Shown here: positions 28,678-37,991 of the stretch, piece by piece
Numbering within the stretch: position 1 is the stretch's first letter
Layout: the number at the start of each line of letters is the position of its first letter
Notes under the pieces: generated by a model
The model's input: the letters and a program-made list of their open reading frames with translations, nothing else
What the model was told of the DNA's origin: nothing
Database searches by the model: none
Assembly: GCA_046328225.1 (NCBI GenBank)
Contig: JAXLWZ010000004.1
Location: forward strand, 99,240 to 163,239
Origin: Dehalococcoidia bacterium
GTDB lineage: Bacteria > Chloroflexota > Dehalococcoidia > Tepidiformales > Tepidiformaceae
DNA: 64,000 bases
Direction of reading: 5' to 3'
Position numbers and translations under genes: made by a program

Positions 28678-29202
28678 ATGCCGCGGGCGCCGCGACCTTC
28701 GCCGGCGCTGTCGATTCCGCTCGCGTTGGCCGCCTTCGGGCTTGCCGTCGCGGCCGGCGCCGCCATCGCCCGCGACCTGCCGGCCCCCGCCGCGGGGTTG
28801 ACCCTGGGCGCCGCGCTCATCGCCATGGCCGCCGCGAAGGCGACGAACAGTGGCTATCCCGCCGTCTTCGTGCCCATCGCCACCGCCTGGGGCGAAGCCG
28901 CGATCTTCGCGGGCGCCGCCTGGCACTTCGGGGACACGAACGACCACGCCGCCGCCATGGCCGCGTTCGCCGCACTGACGGCTGCGATTGCGCAGTCCTA
29001 CACCGCCGCCCGCGCCGCTGTCGTTGGCGCACCCACCGCCGAAGGTCCTGTCCGGTATCCCGTGCGTGCGGTCGTGCTCGCCGCCGCCCTCGCCTTCGAC
29101 CAGCTGGAGCTGGCACTTTGGCCGCTCGCCGCGTTGGCGATGCTCAGCGCGCTCTTCACCTTCGCGCGGCTGCTCGCCGCCCTCAGGGCACGCCCCGCCT
29201 GA
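28678..29202 (+). CDS. Hydrophobic membrane protein, last gene of the glycolipid operon
   Basis: Ala/Leu-rich multi-TM sequence, start 3 nt after the GT4 stop. Confidence 0.45.
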   Translation: MPRAPRPSPALSIPLALAAFGLAVAAGAAIARDLPAPAAGLTLGAALIAMAAAKATNSGYPAVFVPIATAWGEAAIFAGAAWHFGDTNDHAAAMAAFAALTAAIAQSYTAARAAVVGAPTAEGPVRYPVRAVVLAAALAFDQLELALWPLAALAMLSALFTFARLLAALRARPA

Positions 29203-29242
29203 GCCGCGCTCCGCGTGACTGGCATTGGTGGATTGGGAATGC

Positions 29243-29605
29243 TTAGTCGGCGCACCCGGCCGGGACTTCGTGGCCCCAGCGCGACGCCCACGCGCTCAGC
29301 GAGAGCACGATCTCCTGCAGCTCCCGGCCCTTTTCCGTGAGCGCGTACTCGATCCGCACCGGCGTCTCCGGGTACACCGTCCGCGAAACGATCCCCGCCG
29401 TCTCGAGCTCCCGCAGCCGCTCCGAGAGCAGCCGGTCCGAAAGCCCCGGGACGTTGTGGAGGATGTCCGAGAACCGCAGCGATCCGCACAACATGCTGCG
29501 CACGATCGCACCCGTCCATCGCCGGCCAATGAGCTCCACGGCCGACTGGAAGACGGGACAGTAGGGCGTGAGACCGGCGGAGTGGCTCTTCGCGGGGGCA
29601 GCCAT
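29243..29605 (-). CDS. HxlR-family winged-helix transcriptional regulator
   Basis: CPVFQSAVELIGRRWTGAIVRSMLCGSLRFSDI is the HxlR signature. Confidence 0.8.
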   Translation of the reverse strand: MAAPAKSHSAGLTPYCPVFQSAVELIGRRWTGAIVRSMLCGSLRFSDILHNVPGLSDRLLSERLRELETAGIVSRTVYPETPVRIEYALTEKGRELQEIVLSLSAWASRWGHEVPAGCAD

Positions 29606-29786
29606 GCGGCTATCCTACAGCAAACGGCGCCCCTTCGAACCAGCCCCTTTGTTACCGGCGTTACCTTCAGCCCCCTCGCCGTCACGCTTCTGCAACCCGC
29701 TGTCACCCCCGTTCGAGGGAATTCCCCGATATCGGGGCGGTGCGACTCCGATGTGTAATGAGTATGCGCCCACTGGGGTGGTTGAA

Positions 29787-31442
29787 ATGGCTGGCTGGAG
29801 TACCGACATCAAACGGCATCCTGGACGGTGGAAGCGGAACCGCGGGAGCGCAGACTCCGCCCTCGCACCGTCCCGCCGCGCCGCCTCGCTCCTCCTCGGG
29901 GTGAGCGTGCTGGCCGGCGTCCTCGCCTTCGCGCTGCGCCCCCGGGCCGCCGCCCGCCGCAGGCATCTCGCCGCCGCCGTCGAAGCCCTCCCCGATACCG
30001 TCTTCGTCGCCGATGCCGGAGGGACCCTCCACGGCTGGCACGCCCCCGGCGACGACCAGCGCGATGCCGCGACCCTCGCCGATGCGCTTCCCGCCGGTGC
30101 CGCGGGCCCCATCCGTGATGCCTCCCGTCGTGCCATCGAAACCCACGCCGCCCAGGAAGTCGAAGTCCCCGGGCCCGGTGGCGCCGTCCTCCAGGCGCGC
30201 ATTTCCCCCTTCGGCGATGCCGAGGCGGTGGGCATCGTCCGCGACATCACCGGTGTCCGCCTCGCCGAGGCCGAGCGCGACCGCGACCGCGAGCGCATCG
30301 CCCAGGCCGAACGCCTCGAGAGCCTCGGTGTGCTCGCCGGCGGCATTGCCCACGACTTCAACAACCTGCTCGTCGGCATCCTCGGCAATGCCCAGCTCGC
30401 AATCACCATGCTCGACCCGGCCGACGAGCCCGTGCGCGAAAGCCTCGAGGACATCGTCCGCGCCGGCCGCCGCGCCAGCGACCTCACGAGCCAGATGCTC
30501 GCCTATGCGGGCCGCGGCCGCTTCTCCTTCGAACTCCACGACGTTCGCCGGCTCGTCGACGCCGCCGTGGGGGCGATGACGCCGCCGCCGGGCGTGGCCA
30601 TTTCGCTGGCCCTCCCTGAACAGCCCGTCGAGGCGAACGTCGATGCCGCCCAGGTCACGCGCTGCCTCGGCGAACTCCTCCGCAACGCCGTCGATGCCCT
30701 TAACAGCGAGCCGGGCGCCATCGCCGTGCGGGTCGCCGCCGAGCTGGTCGACGCCCGCGCCTATCCCGACGCGCTGCGCGCCGCCACCTTCGACGGCGGT
30801 CCCTGTGCCGTCATCGAAGTTCGCGACGACGGCGAGGGCATGTCCTCCGAGTTCCTCGACCACGTCTTCGACCCGTTTTTCACCACCCGCTTCCCCGGCC
30901 GCGGCATGGGGCTCGCATCGCTCCTGGGCGTCGTCCGGGCGCATGGCGGCGCGGTCTGGGTCGAAAGCGAACGTGGCCACGGTGCCACCTTCCGTCTCTG
31001 CTTCCCGATCGCCATTCCTTCGGCGCCGGAAGCCGCCGCCACGACGGGTGAACATCGCCCGCACACCGCCACCGTGCTCGTCGTCGACGATGAGCCCCAC
31101 GTCCGCGACGTCACCGCGCGCGCCCTCGGCCTCTCCGGCTACAGCGTCCTCACGGCAGAAAGCGGCAGCCTCGCGCTCGACCTCTACCGCGAACACGCCG
31201 GCGAAATCGACTGCGTCGTGCTCGACCTCGCCATGCCGGGGATGGATGGCGTGCAGACCTTCGATGCCCTCCGCGCCCTCCGGCCCGATGCTCGCGTGCT
31301 CGTGACCACCGGTTCGGGCCCGGCCGAGGCTGCCGCCCGCTTCCAGGGGCGCGCCCCCGCCGGCTTCCTGCGCAAGCCCTACATGCTCCCCGAACTCAGC
31401 GAAGCCGTCCGCGACGCCCTCGGTACGTCCGCCGCGGGATGA
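29787..31442 (+). CDS. Hybrid sensor histidine kinase/response regulator (PAS - HisKA - HATPase - REC)
   Basis: H-box LAGGIAHDFNNLL, G-boxes (DDGEGM, GRGMGL), C-terminal receiver VLVVDDE...VVLDLAMPGMDG; alternative start at 29752. Confidence 0.8.
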   Translation: MAGWSTDIKRHPGRWKRNRGSADSALAPSRRAASLLLGVSVLAGVLAFALRPRAAARRRHLAAAVEALPDTVFVADAGGTLHGWHAPGDDQRDAATLADALPAGAAGPIRDASRRAIETHAAQEVEVPGPGGAVLQARISPFGDAEAVGIVRDITGVRLAEAERDRDRERIAQAERLESLGVLAGGIAHDFNNLLVGILGNAQLAITMLDPADEPVRESLEDIVRAGRRASDLTSQMLAYAGRGRFSFELHDVRRLVDAAVGAMTPPPGVAISLALPEQPVEANVDAAQVTRCLGELLRNAVDALNSEPGAIAVRVAAELVDARAYPDALRAATFDGGPCAVIEVRDDGEGMSSEFLDHVFDPFFTTRFPGRGMGLASLLGVVRAHGGAVWVESERGHGATFRLCFPIAIPSAPEAAATTGEHRPHTATVLVVDDEPHVRDVTARALGLSGYSVLTAESGSLALDLYREHAGEIDCVVLDLAMPGMDGVQTFDALRALRPDARVLVTTGSGPAEAAARFQGRAPAGFLRKPYMLPELSEAVRDALGTSAAG

Positions 31443-31594
31443 GCCCCGGGGCCTCGGGCCCGTTCCCTCGCCGCCCGAAGCCCCGGTTGCCGATCGATAC
31501 GGTTGAACGCCCGCCGTGGATGCGTGTGCCCCTTCCCCCACGCAGCGGCGCGGCCACCCATAATGGCACCGGCATCCTGCCACCGGAGACGCTC

Positions 31595-32563
31595 ATGCCC
31601 TGGGTCGTCAGCATGTTCTTCGCCGCCATCGTCTGCGGCGCCATCTTCTTCGTCGGGCGAACCATCTCTCGCGCGGCCCGCGATGGCGACCCCGCGGGCA
31701 GCCGCGGCTCCATCATCCGCGTCGCCGCCGTCGCCCTCTTCGCCATCTGGGTCGTCGTTCACACCGCCTCGGCATCGATCCGGCAGGTGCCGGCGGGCAA
31801 CGTCGGCGTTGTCTACGAATTCGGCTCCATCGTCGGCCAGAAGGGCGAGGGCCTGCAGTTCATCGCCCCCTGGCAGTCGATGAAGCGCGCGAGCGTGCAG
31901 GTGCAGCGCCACCGCTTCGAACAGGTCACCGCCTTCTCCAGCGAGACCCAGGACGTGCTCCTCACCGTCACCGTGAACTACCAGGTCAGCCCCAACGCCG
32001 TGCAGGGTCTCTACCGCAACGTCGGCCCGAACTGGTTCGACCGCCTCATCGAAGCCCGCGTCGTGAACTTCGTGAAGGAAGAGACGGTCAAGTACGCCAG
32101 CGTCGATGTCGCGCCCAAGCGCGAGCAGATCCGCCAGGCCGTGCGCGAACGCCTGACGACCGAGCTTCGCCCGTTCTCCATCTCCATCGCCGACTTCCTC
32201 ATCGAGGACATCCAGTTCCGCGAGGAGTTCAAGCAGGCCATCGAACAGAAGCAGATCGCGACCCAGGACGCACTGCGGGAACAGGAACGCGTGAAGCAGC
32301 GCCAGTACGAGGCCCAGCAGCAGGTCGAAACCGCGAAGGGCGAAGCCGACGCCAACCGCATCCGCGGCGAAGGCCAGGCCGCCGCCAATGCCGCCATCTC
32401 CGCTTCGCTCACGCCCGCCGTCATCCAGTTCCAGGCGCTTCAGAAGCTCAGCGACAAGATCCAGATCGCCCTCATCCCCAGCGGCCAGGGCATCATCATC
32501 GACCCCACGCAGCTCTTCGGGACGCTCGGGACGGCGTCCGCCTCACCCACGCCCTCGCGCTAA
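31595..32563 (+). CDS. SPFH/Band-7 (prohibitin/HflC-like) membrane protein
   Basis: N-terminal TM, SPFH core (IRQVPAGNVGVVYEFG...), coiled-coil C-terminus. Confidence 0.75.
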   Translation: MPWVVSMFFAAIVCGAIFFVGRTISRAARDGDPAGSRGSIIRVAAVALFAIWVVVHTASASIRQVPAGNVGVVYEFGSIVGQKGEGLQFIAPWQSMKRASVQVQRHRFEQVTAFSSETQDVLLTVTVNYQVSPNAVQGLYRNVGPNWFDRLIEARVVNFVKEETVKYASVDVAPKREQIRQAVRERLTTELRPFSISIADFLIEDIQFREEFKQAIEQKQIATQDALREQERVKQRQYEAQQQVETAKGEADANRIRGEGQAAANAAISASLTPAVIQFQALQKLSDKIQIALIPSGQGIIIDPTQLFGTLGTASASPTPSR

Positions 32564-32578
32564 GCCCGCGGGCCGCGC

Positions 32579-33493
32579 TCAGCCGCGCGCAAGCTCCGCG
32601 ACCACCCGGTACGCCTCCTCCGGGTGGGCGCCGGGGAGCTGCGGGATCGCGGCCACGAAGTCGGTCACGCCCGCCTCGCGGTAAGCCGCCACGCCCGCGG
32701 CGATGGCCCCCTCGTCGCCCGCGACCGCGACATCGGCGGGGCCGTCGGCGCCGCCACGGTCGAGCGCCGCCCGGTACGACGGGATCTGCCCGTAGTTCTT
32801 GAACGCCGCCGTCACGGCTTCGCGCCCCGCGTCCGCGTCGCTGTTGAGCGCCACGGGCACCATCGCCACCACACGCGGCGCGGGCCGGCCGGCAGCCTCC
32901 GCCGCCGCGCGCACCGCCGGGATGGCGAAGTCCCGCAGGTAGGGCAGGCCGCCCATCCATGTCACCGTCCCGTCCGCGTGCCGCCCGCAGAGCCGCAGCA
33001 TGTCGGGGCCGAGCGCGGCCACCAGCACCGGCGGCTTCACCGGGTTCGCCACCGCGAGGCGCGCGTTCACGCGGTACTCGCTCCCGTTCAGCGATACCGC
33101 CTCGCCCGCCATCAGCCCGTTCAGCACCGCCAGGTAGTCGCGCATGTGCGGGATGGGGCGCGAATAGTCCATCCCCAGCGCGCCCTCGACCATCATCCGG
33201 TGGCTGAGCCCGATTCCCAGGGCGAGGCGGCCACCCGTCGCATCCTGCACGGTGAGTGCCTGCCCCGCGAGCATCACCGGGTGCCGCGGATAGGTCGGCA
33301 CGACCGACGTCCCCAGCTCGATACGCGACGTCGCGCCCCCCGCGATGGCCAGCACCGTGAGCGAATCGAGCCCCGTCACCTGCGGCAGCCAGCCCGAGGC
33401 GAAGCCCGCTTCCTCGGCCTCCACGGCGCGCCGCACCAGGCCCGCCACGTTCGTCAGGTCCCCCGGCATGGAAAGCATGATCCCGATGCGCAT
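32579..33493 (-). CDS. LLM-class F420/flavin-dependent oxidoreductase
   Basis: Luciferase-like monooxygenase TIM-barrel pattern; start MRIGIML. Confidence 0.75.
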   Translation of the reverse strand: MRIGIMLSMPGDLTNVAGLVRRAVEAEEAGFASGWLPQVTGLDSLTVLAIAGGATSRIELGTSVVPTYPRHPVMLAGQALTVQDATGGRLALGIGLSHRMMVEGALGMDYSRPIPHMRDYLAVLNGLMAGEAVSLNGSEYRVNARLAVANPVKPPVLVAALGPDMLRLCGRHADGTVTWMGGLPYLRDFAIPAVRAAAEAAGRPAPRVVAMVPVALNSDADAGREAVTAAFKNYGQIPSYRAALDRGGADGPADVAVAGDEGAIAAGVAAYREAGVTDFVAAIPQLPGAHPEEAYRVVAELARG

Positions 33494-34011
33494 CACTGTT
33501 CCCCTTTCGCGGCCGTCGCCTTCGCGTACACGAGCATGTGCCGCCCCGACTGCGGCCGGAACCAGTCCCGCTCCGGCTTCCGTTCGAACCCCATCCGCTC
33601 GTACAGCTGCTGCGCCGCCAGCATCCGTTCCTGCATCGAAAGCACCACCTGGCGCGCGCCCTCTTCCCCCGCGATGCGCAGGCCCTCTTCGATAAGCAGG
33701 CGCGCGACGCCGCGGCCGCGCGCGCCCACGGCCACCGCCAGCTGCCGCGCCTCGAGCTCGCCCTCGATGGCGATGAGCGCGTATGGCGTGCCCGGCTCGG
33801 CGAGGAGGATGGTCCCCACGATCGCGTGCGTCGCCGTGTCCTCCGCCACCAGCACCCGCGCCGCGCGCGCCCGGTGCCCGACATCGCCGAACGGGTTCGC
33901 ACCCACGGGCGTGAACCCTTCGCCAATCCAGACCGTCGTCAGCAGCTCCTCGACGGCCGCCGCATCCTCGGGCGCCACCGCGCGGATCACAATTCCAGGG
34001 GCGTCCGCCAT
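33493..34011 (-). CDS. GNAT-family N-acetyltransferase
   Basis: RGRGVARLLIEEGLRIAGEEGA acetyl-CoA motif; ATGA overlap with the LLM gene. Confidence 0.7.
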   Translation of the reverse strand: MADAPGIVIRAVAPEDAAAVEELLTTVWIGEGFTPVGANPFGDVGHRARAARVLVAEDTATHAIVGTILLAEPGTPYALIAIEGELEARQLAVAVGARGRGVARLLIEEGLRIAGEEGARQVVLSMQERMLAAQQLYERMGFERKPERDWFRPQSGRHMLVYAKATAAKGEQ

Positions 34012-34088
34012 GCAGGCCCTCCACGGGAAGTGCGCCCGAGAATACCAGCCTCCGCCCGTTCCGCGCCTTCAGGCCGGGTCGCGAACAT

Positions 34089-35066
34089 CTACAGCGCGAG
34101 CTGCATCACCGCCGTCGCCCGGATGATCGTGTCCACGTCGAGCACGCTCGTCGCCCGGGCTGCCTCGACGTGCACATGCGAACCCTGCGCGCAGGACGAG
34201 TCGTACTCCGGGCCGCTTTCCGGTCCCATCCGGCCCACCACCGTCCCCGGCGCGATGACGTCATCGACGCGCACCAGCACGGGGTCCATGTGCGCGTATA
34301 GCACCCACGCATCCGATGGCCGCCAGGCGCCACCCGCGGCCCGGTACTCGATGCGAATCTGCACCTTGTTCCCGCCGTCGCTCAGCTGACCCGAGCGGCA
34401 GGCCGGCCCGATGATGCGGACCACACCGCGCACCTCGGTCCCCTCGGGCGCGGCAACGTTGAACGCGATCGACTGGCCGATGCTGGGCGCATCGATGACA
34501 TCGAGATCCATCGACCGCGAACCCCCGTACGGCGTGTGGTGTCCCTGGCTCGATGACGACGTCACCCGCGTGTCGCCGCCGAACACGATCGGGTTCAGGA
34601 TTTCGATGGTTCCCGCGAGCACGCCCGCGCCGGGCAACCGCAGCACCTGGTTCACGCTGATGATGAACGGCTCACGGATGCCGTTCGCCGCCGCGATGTC
34701 CCGCCAGTTCAGCCCCAGCCGCGTGCCGATCGCGCTCAGGCTGTCACCGGGCATCACCGTGTAGAAGGTCGCGCTCGCCGCCGTCCCCGATCGGTCTTCC
34801 GGCGGCTTGCGGTCGTGGCCGGGCACATCGATGTCGAGGCCCGGCGGCTCATCGTTCACCGCCCGCGCGCCATCCACGGTGATGTAGTCGCCGTGCACGA
34901 AGCCAGGCCCGAGCGGCGATTCCACCCGGCGCCAATCGCCATCGCGCGCGGTGATCGTCACCACCTGGCCCATCGCCAGGAGCCCCAGGATTTCGGTCGC
35001 CGTCGAAGGTCCACGGCGCAGCCGCAGGCCCTCCTCCGGGATCACGGTCGCCGGCCGGTTGCCCAT
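34089..35066 (-). CDS. M23-family peptidoglycan metalloendopeptidase with SH3b and LysM domains
   Basis: SH3b-like GLRLRRGPSTATEILGLLAMGQVVTI; LysM YTVMPGDSLSAIGTRLGLNWRDIAAANGI; M23 motifs H..D (GHHTPYGGSRSMDLD) and HxH (SHVHVE). Confidence 0.7.
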   Translation of the reverse strand: MGNRPATVIPEEGLRLRRGPSTATEILGLLAMGQVVTITARDGDWRRVESPLGPGFVHGDYITVDGARAVNDEPPGLDIDVPGHDRKPPEDRSGTAASATFYTVMPGDSLSAIGTRLGLNWRDIAAANGIREPFIISVNQVLRLPGAGVLAGTIEILNPIVFGGDTRVTSSSSQGHHTPYGGSRSMDLDVIDAPSIGQSIAFNVAAPEGTEVRGVVRIIGPACRSGQLSDGGNKVQIRIEYRAAGGAWRPSDAWVLYAHMDPVLVRVDDVIAPGTVVGRMGPESGPEYDSSCAQGSHVHVEAARATSVLDVDTIIRATAVMQLAL

Positions 35067-35174
35067 CGCATGCCTCCAGGATGAGTGGCACCCGGGGCGG
35101 GGTGTCGTGCGAGCGATTGTAGCCGCGCCCGCGAGCCGTAATGCCCCCACATGGCACTCCCCGCGCGAATCCGC

Positions 35175-36191
35175 TCACACAGCGCCCGGCGCGCACGCCC
35201 GCAGCACCGCGCGCGCGGCGTCGATCCCGGGCTGTGCCCCGACGATCCGGACCACCGCGAGATCGAGCCCCTGCGACAGCCGTGCCAGTGCCGCCGGTGC
35301 GCCCGCTGCCTTGCCGTAATACCCCACCTCGCGCAGCAGCTCCTCCGGGAAGAGGTCGAGCAGTTCGCCCGCGGGTGCCCCGGCGTCGTGCCGCTCCTCA
35401 ATGTGCGAAAGCGGCGCGTCGAAGCCCATGCGCCGGAAGTGCCCGCGATAGCCGTGGTCCTTCGATGCCCCCGCCCGCGCGAGCGCGTATGGCATCAGCG
35501 CCCGCACAAAGGCGCGTCGCGCCTTCGCCTCGTCCTCATCGATGCAGACCCGGATGTACTCCGTGACGCGGATGGCCGATGGGTCCCGGCCCCGGCGGCC
35601 GGCGCCCCGCGCGATGGTCTCGCGCACGCCCGCGCGCATCCCCGGCGCGGTCCAGTTCAGGCAGACCCCATCGGCGACCTCGCCCGCGAGCGCCAACATC
35701 TGCGGCCCCAGCGCCGCCAGGTAGAGCGGCACCGCCAACGGCCTGCCCGTCACCTGCAACCCCCGGAGGCGCACGACCTTCCCCTCGAGCGTGACCGTCT
35801 CGCCCGCCAGCAGCCCGCGCAGCGCGCCCAGGTATTCGCGCATCATCGTCACCACCGGCCACTCCGGCAGCCCATACGTCGAGCGGTACTCCGCGCCGTA
35901 GATGCCGCCCGTCCCCAGCCCGAGCGTGAAACGCCCTTCGCTGATTTCGTGCAGCGAACCGGCCTGCTGCGCCAGCGATGGCACCGTCCACAGCGGCGCC
36001 GGGATGACCGAGATGCCCACGGGCAGGCCCTGTGCCGCCCACTGTCCGCACACCTGGAAGCCGTCGCGCGTCGCGGGCCCGCTCGGCGTCCACGCGCCCG
36101 CGTACCCGGCATCGCGAGCCTCCCCGACGAGCGCCCGCTGTTCCGCCAGCGTCAGCCCCAGGCTGGCATCAATCCCGATCCCGAACTCCAT
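35175..36191 (-). CDS. LLM-class flavin/F420-dependent oxidoreductase
   Basis: Luciferase-like monooxygenase family pattern. Confidence 0.75.
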   Translation of the reverse strand: MEFGIGIDASLGLTLAEQRALVGEARDAGYAGAWTPSGPATRDGFQVCGQWAAQGLPVGISVIPAPLWTVPSLAQQAGSLHEISEGRFTLGLGTGGIYGAEYRSTYGLPEWPVVTMMREYLGALRGLLAGETVTLEGKVVRLRGLQVTGRPLAVPLYLAALGPQMLALAGEVADGVCLNWTAPGMRAGVRETIARGAGRRGRDPSAIRVTEYIRVCIDEDEAKARRAFVRALMPYALARAGASKDHGYRGHFRRMGFDAPLSHIEERHDAGAPAGELLDLFPEELLREVGYYGKAAGAPAALARLSQGLDLAVVRIVGAQPGIDAARAVLRACAPGAV

Positions 36192-36337
36192 GGCGACGTT
36201 CCTCCCGGGCGAACGCTACCGCGCCACGGTGCCCGCCGCCACCGCGGATGTCCGATTCGTGCCAGGGGCAGTATTCGACACACGCAGCCAGCCGGCCGCT
36301 GCCGGCCGTGGTTGAATCCCGGGATTGTGTTCGAAAC

Positions 36338-36946
36338 CTAGGGCTGGACCAGCTGCGACACCCGCAGCGGGAACGTCGCCAGCACCTCGTACATCGCACC
36401 CTGCGTCGTCAGCCGGCTGCGCATGAGCGACACGTGCGCCGTCCGCCACGAGGTCTGCGGCACATCCATCTTCCCGACGGCGACCTCGATCTCGGCCCGT
36501 TGCCGCGTCGAGATCTCGTCCCGCACCCGGCCCAGCGTGAGGTGCGGCCGGAAGGGCCGCCGTTCGGGCTCGAAGCCGACAACCGCGAGCGCCGCGTTCA
36601 CCGCGCGCACCAGCGCCTCCAGCCGCAGCACATCCCCGGCGATCCCAACCCACATGATGCGCAGGCCCTCGCGCCCGCCGAACGTGCCGATGTTCGAAAA
36701 CTCGAGCTCGAACGGCGAGTGACCGACCACCGCCTCCTGGATCGCGAGCTTGATCGCCGGCAGCTGCCGCACCGGCACCTCGCCCAGGAACTTCAGCGTC
36801 ACGTGGACGCCTTCAGGGCGGATCCAGCGCACGGCGCTGCCGCTCCGGTCCTTCAGCGTCTCGATGATCTCCCCGATGGTCTCGCGGGCGTCTTCGGGGA
36901 CTTCACAGGCAACGAAAAGCCTGACGTGGTCGGTAGGCGTGTTCAT
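36338..36946 (-). CDS. thpR: RNA 2',3'-cyclic phosphodiesterase (2H phosphoesterase, ThpR/LigT)
   Basis: Two HxT/SxL motifs: HVTLKFLG and HLTLGR. Confidence 0.8.
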   Translation of the reverse strand: MNTPTDHVRLFVACEVPEDARETIGEIIETLKDRSGSAVRWIRPEGVHVTLKFLGEVPVRQLPAIKLAIQEAVVGHSPFELEFSNIGTFGGREGLRIMWVGIAGDVLRLEALVRAVNAALAVVGFEPERRPFRPHLTLGRVRDEISTRQRAEIEVAVGKMDVPQTSWRTAHVSLMRSRLTTQGAMYEVLATFPLRVSQLVQP

Positions 36947-37791
36947 GGTTGGTGCGATTCCGAGAACAGAGTTGTCGCGTTTCCGCCACACACCGCCTGC
37001 GCGATTGCGCCCGGGAGCGACGCCCGCAGGCGCTGCAGCTGACGACGTGGCGAAAGCAGCGGGTAATCAGAGCCAAAGAGCACGCGCTCCGGGCCCGCAA
37101 GGTCCGCGAGACGCGCGACACTCCCCATATCATACAGCAGCGTTACAGCCGCCGTATCGAACCACACATTGGCCAACGCACTCCGCACTTCCGGCATCTC
37201 CAGGTAAAACGAAAGGCCACCGCCAAGGTGCGCCGCCACCATCCGCGTCCCGGGGTGCGCCCCCGCCAGCGCGCACAGCTCCGCGGGCGAAATCCCGCCC
37301 GCCTTCCCCGGGTAGCGATGGCCCACCGGTTCGCTCACATGCCAGAGAAGCACCGCCCCTCGCGCCGCCGCAAGCTCCGCGAGCGTGTGCCCGTCCGGTC
37401 CGAGGGGGTCCCAGCCCTGGCTCCCGGGCCGCAGCTCGCCGAAGCCGCGGGCGCCCGCGGCCAGCGCCGCCTCCGCCGCGTCCCGCCACCCTTCCACCGC
37501 CGGGTTCACCGTCGCAAGAGGGATGATGCGCCCCGCGGCTTCCGCTGCGGCCTCGATGATGCCCCGGTTCTGCATCTCGCAATCGCCCGGGTTGGCAAAG
37601 GCGAACCCGGCGACGACCGCTCGCTCGATGCCCGCCTCGTCCATCGCGGCGACCAGCTCCGGCGCCGTCGCCATCCGCGCTGCCGGGTCGCCATACATCT
37701 CGGCGAACGTCGCATCCCGCGCGGCGATCACGGCGCGGCGGTCGCGCTGCTCCGGGGCGAAGAGGTGCGCATGCGCATCGACGACGGGCAC
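36943..37791 (-). CDS. Amidohydrolase-2 family TIM-barrel metal-dependent hydrolase
   Basis: N-terminal VDAHAHLF metal-binding motif; ATGA-coupled to thpR. Confidence 0.65.
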   Translation of the reverse strand: MPVVDAHAHLFAPEQRDRRAVIAARDATFAEMYGDPAARMATAPELVAAMDEAGIERAVVAGFAFANPGDCEMQNRGIIEAAAEAAGRIIPLATVNPAVEGWRDAAEAALAAGARGFGELRPGSQGWDPLGPDGHTLAELAAARGAVLLWHVSEPVGHRYPGKAGGISPAELCALAGAHPGTRMVAAHLGGGLSFYLEMPEVRSALANVWFDTAAVTLLYDMGSVARLADLAGPERVLFGSDYPLLSPRRQLQRLRASLPGAIAQAVCGGNATTLFSESHQP

Positions 37792-37846
37792 GTTCGCATG
37801 CTAACAGGCCGCTCAAGCCTTCACCCGGCCCCTCCACGCGCCCGCG

Positions 37847-37885
37847 AAAACAAACCAAAAGGGGTGGCCCCATCGGAGCCACCCC
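37847..37885 (-). terminator. Rho-independent terminator downstream of the thiolase/DUF35 operon
   Basis: ggggtggc-loop-gccacccc hairpin; on the minus strand it is followed by UUUUGGUUUGUUUU. Confidence 0.6.
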
Positions 37886-37991
37886 TTCTAATCTCTCGCC
37901 CGTGTCCCCCCCGTCTCCTCGCCCCCCGGGGTTGCCCCCTGGGAACTGGGAACCGGGAACCGGGAACTGCGGCCCTGGCGCGCTCCGCGCG

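Noticed and set aside
37941-37968. GGGAACC heptad repeats as ECF-sigma -35 promoter elements
   Set aside because: They lie 3' of the thiolase stop and 5' of its terminator on the transcribed strand, are tandem rather than paired with a -10, and have no downstream gene.
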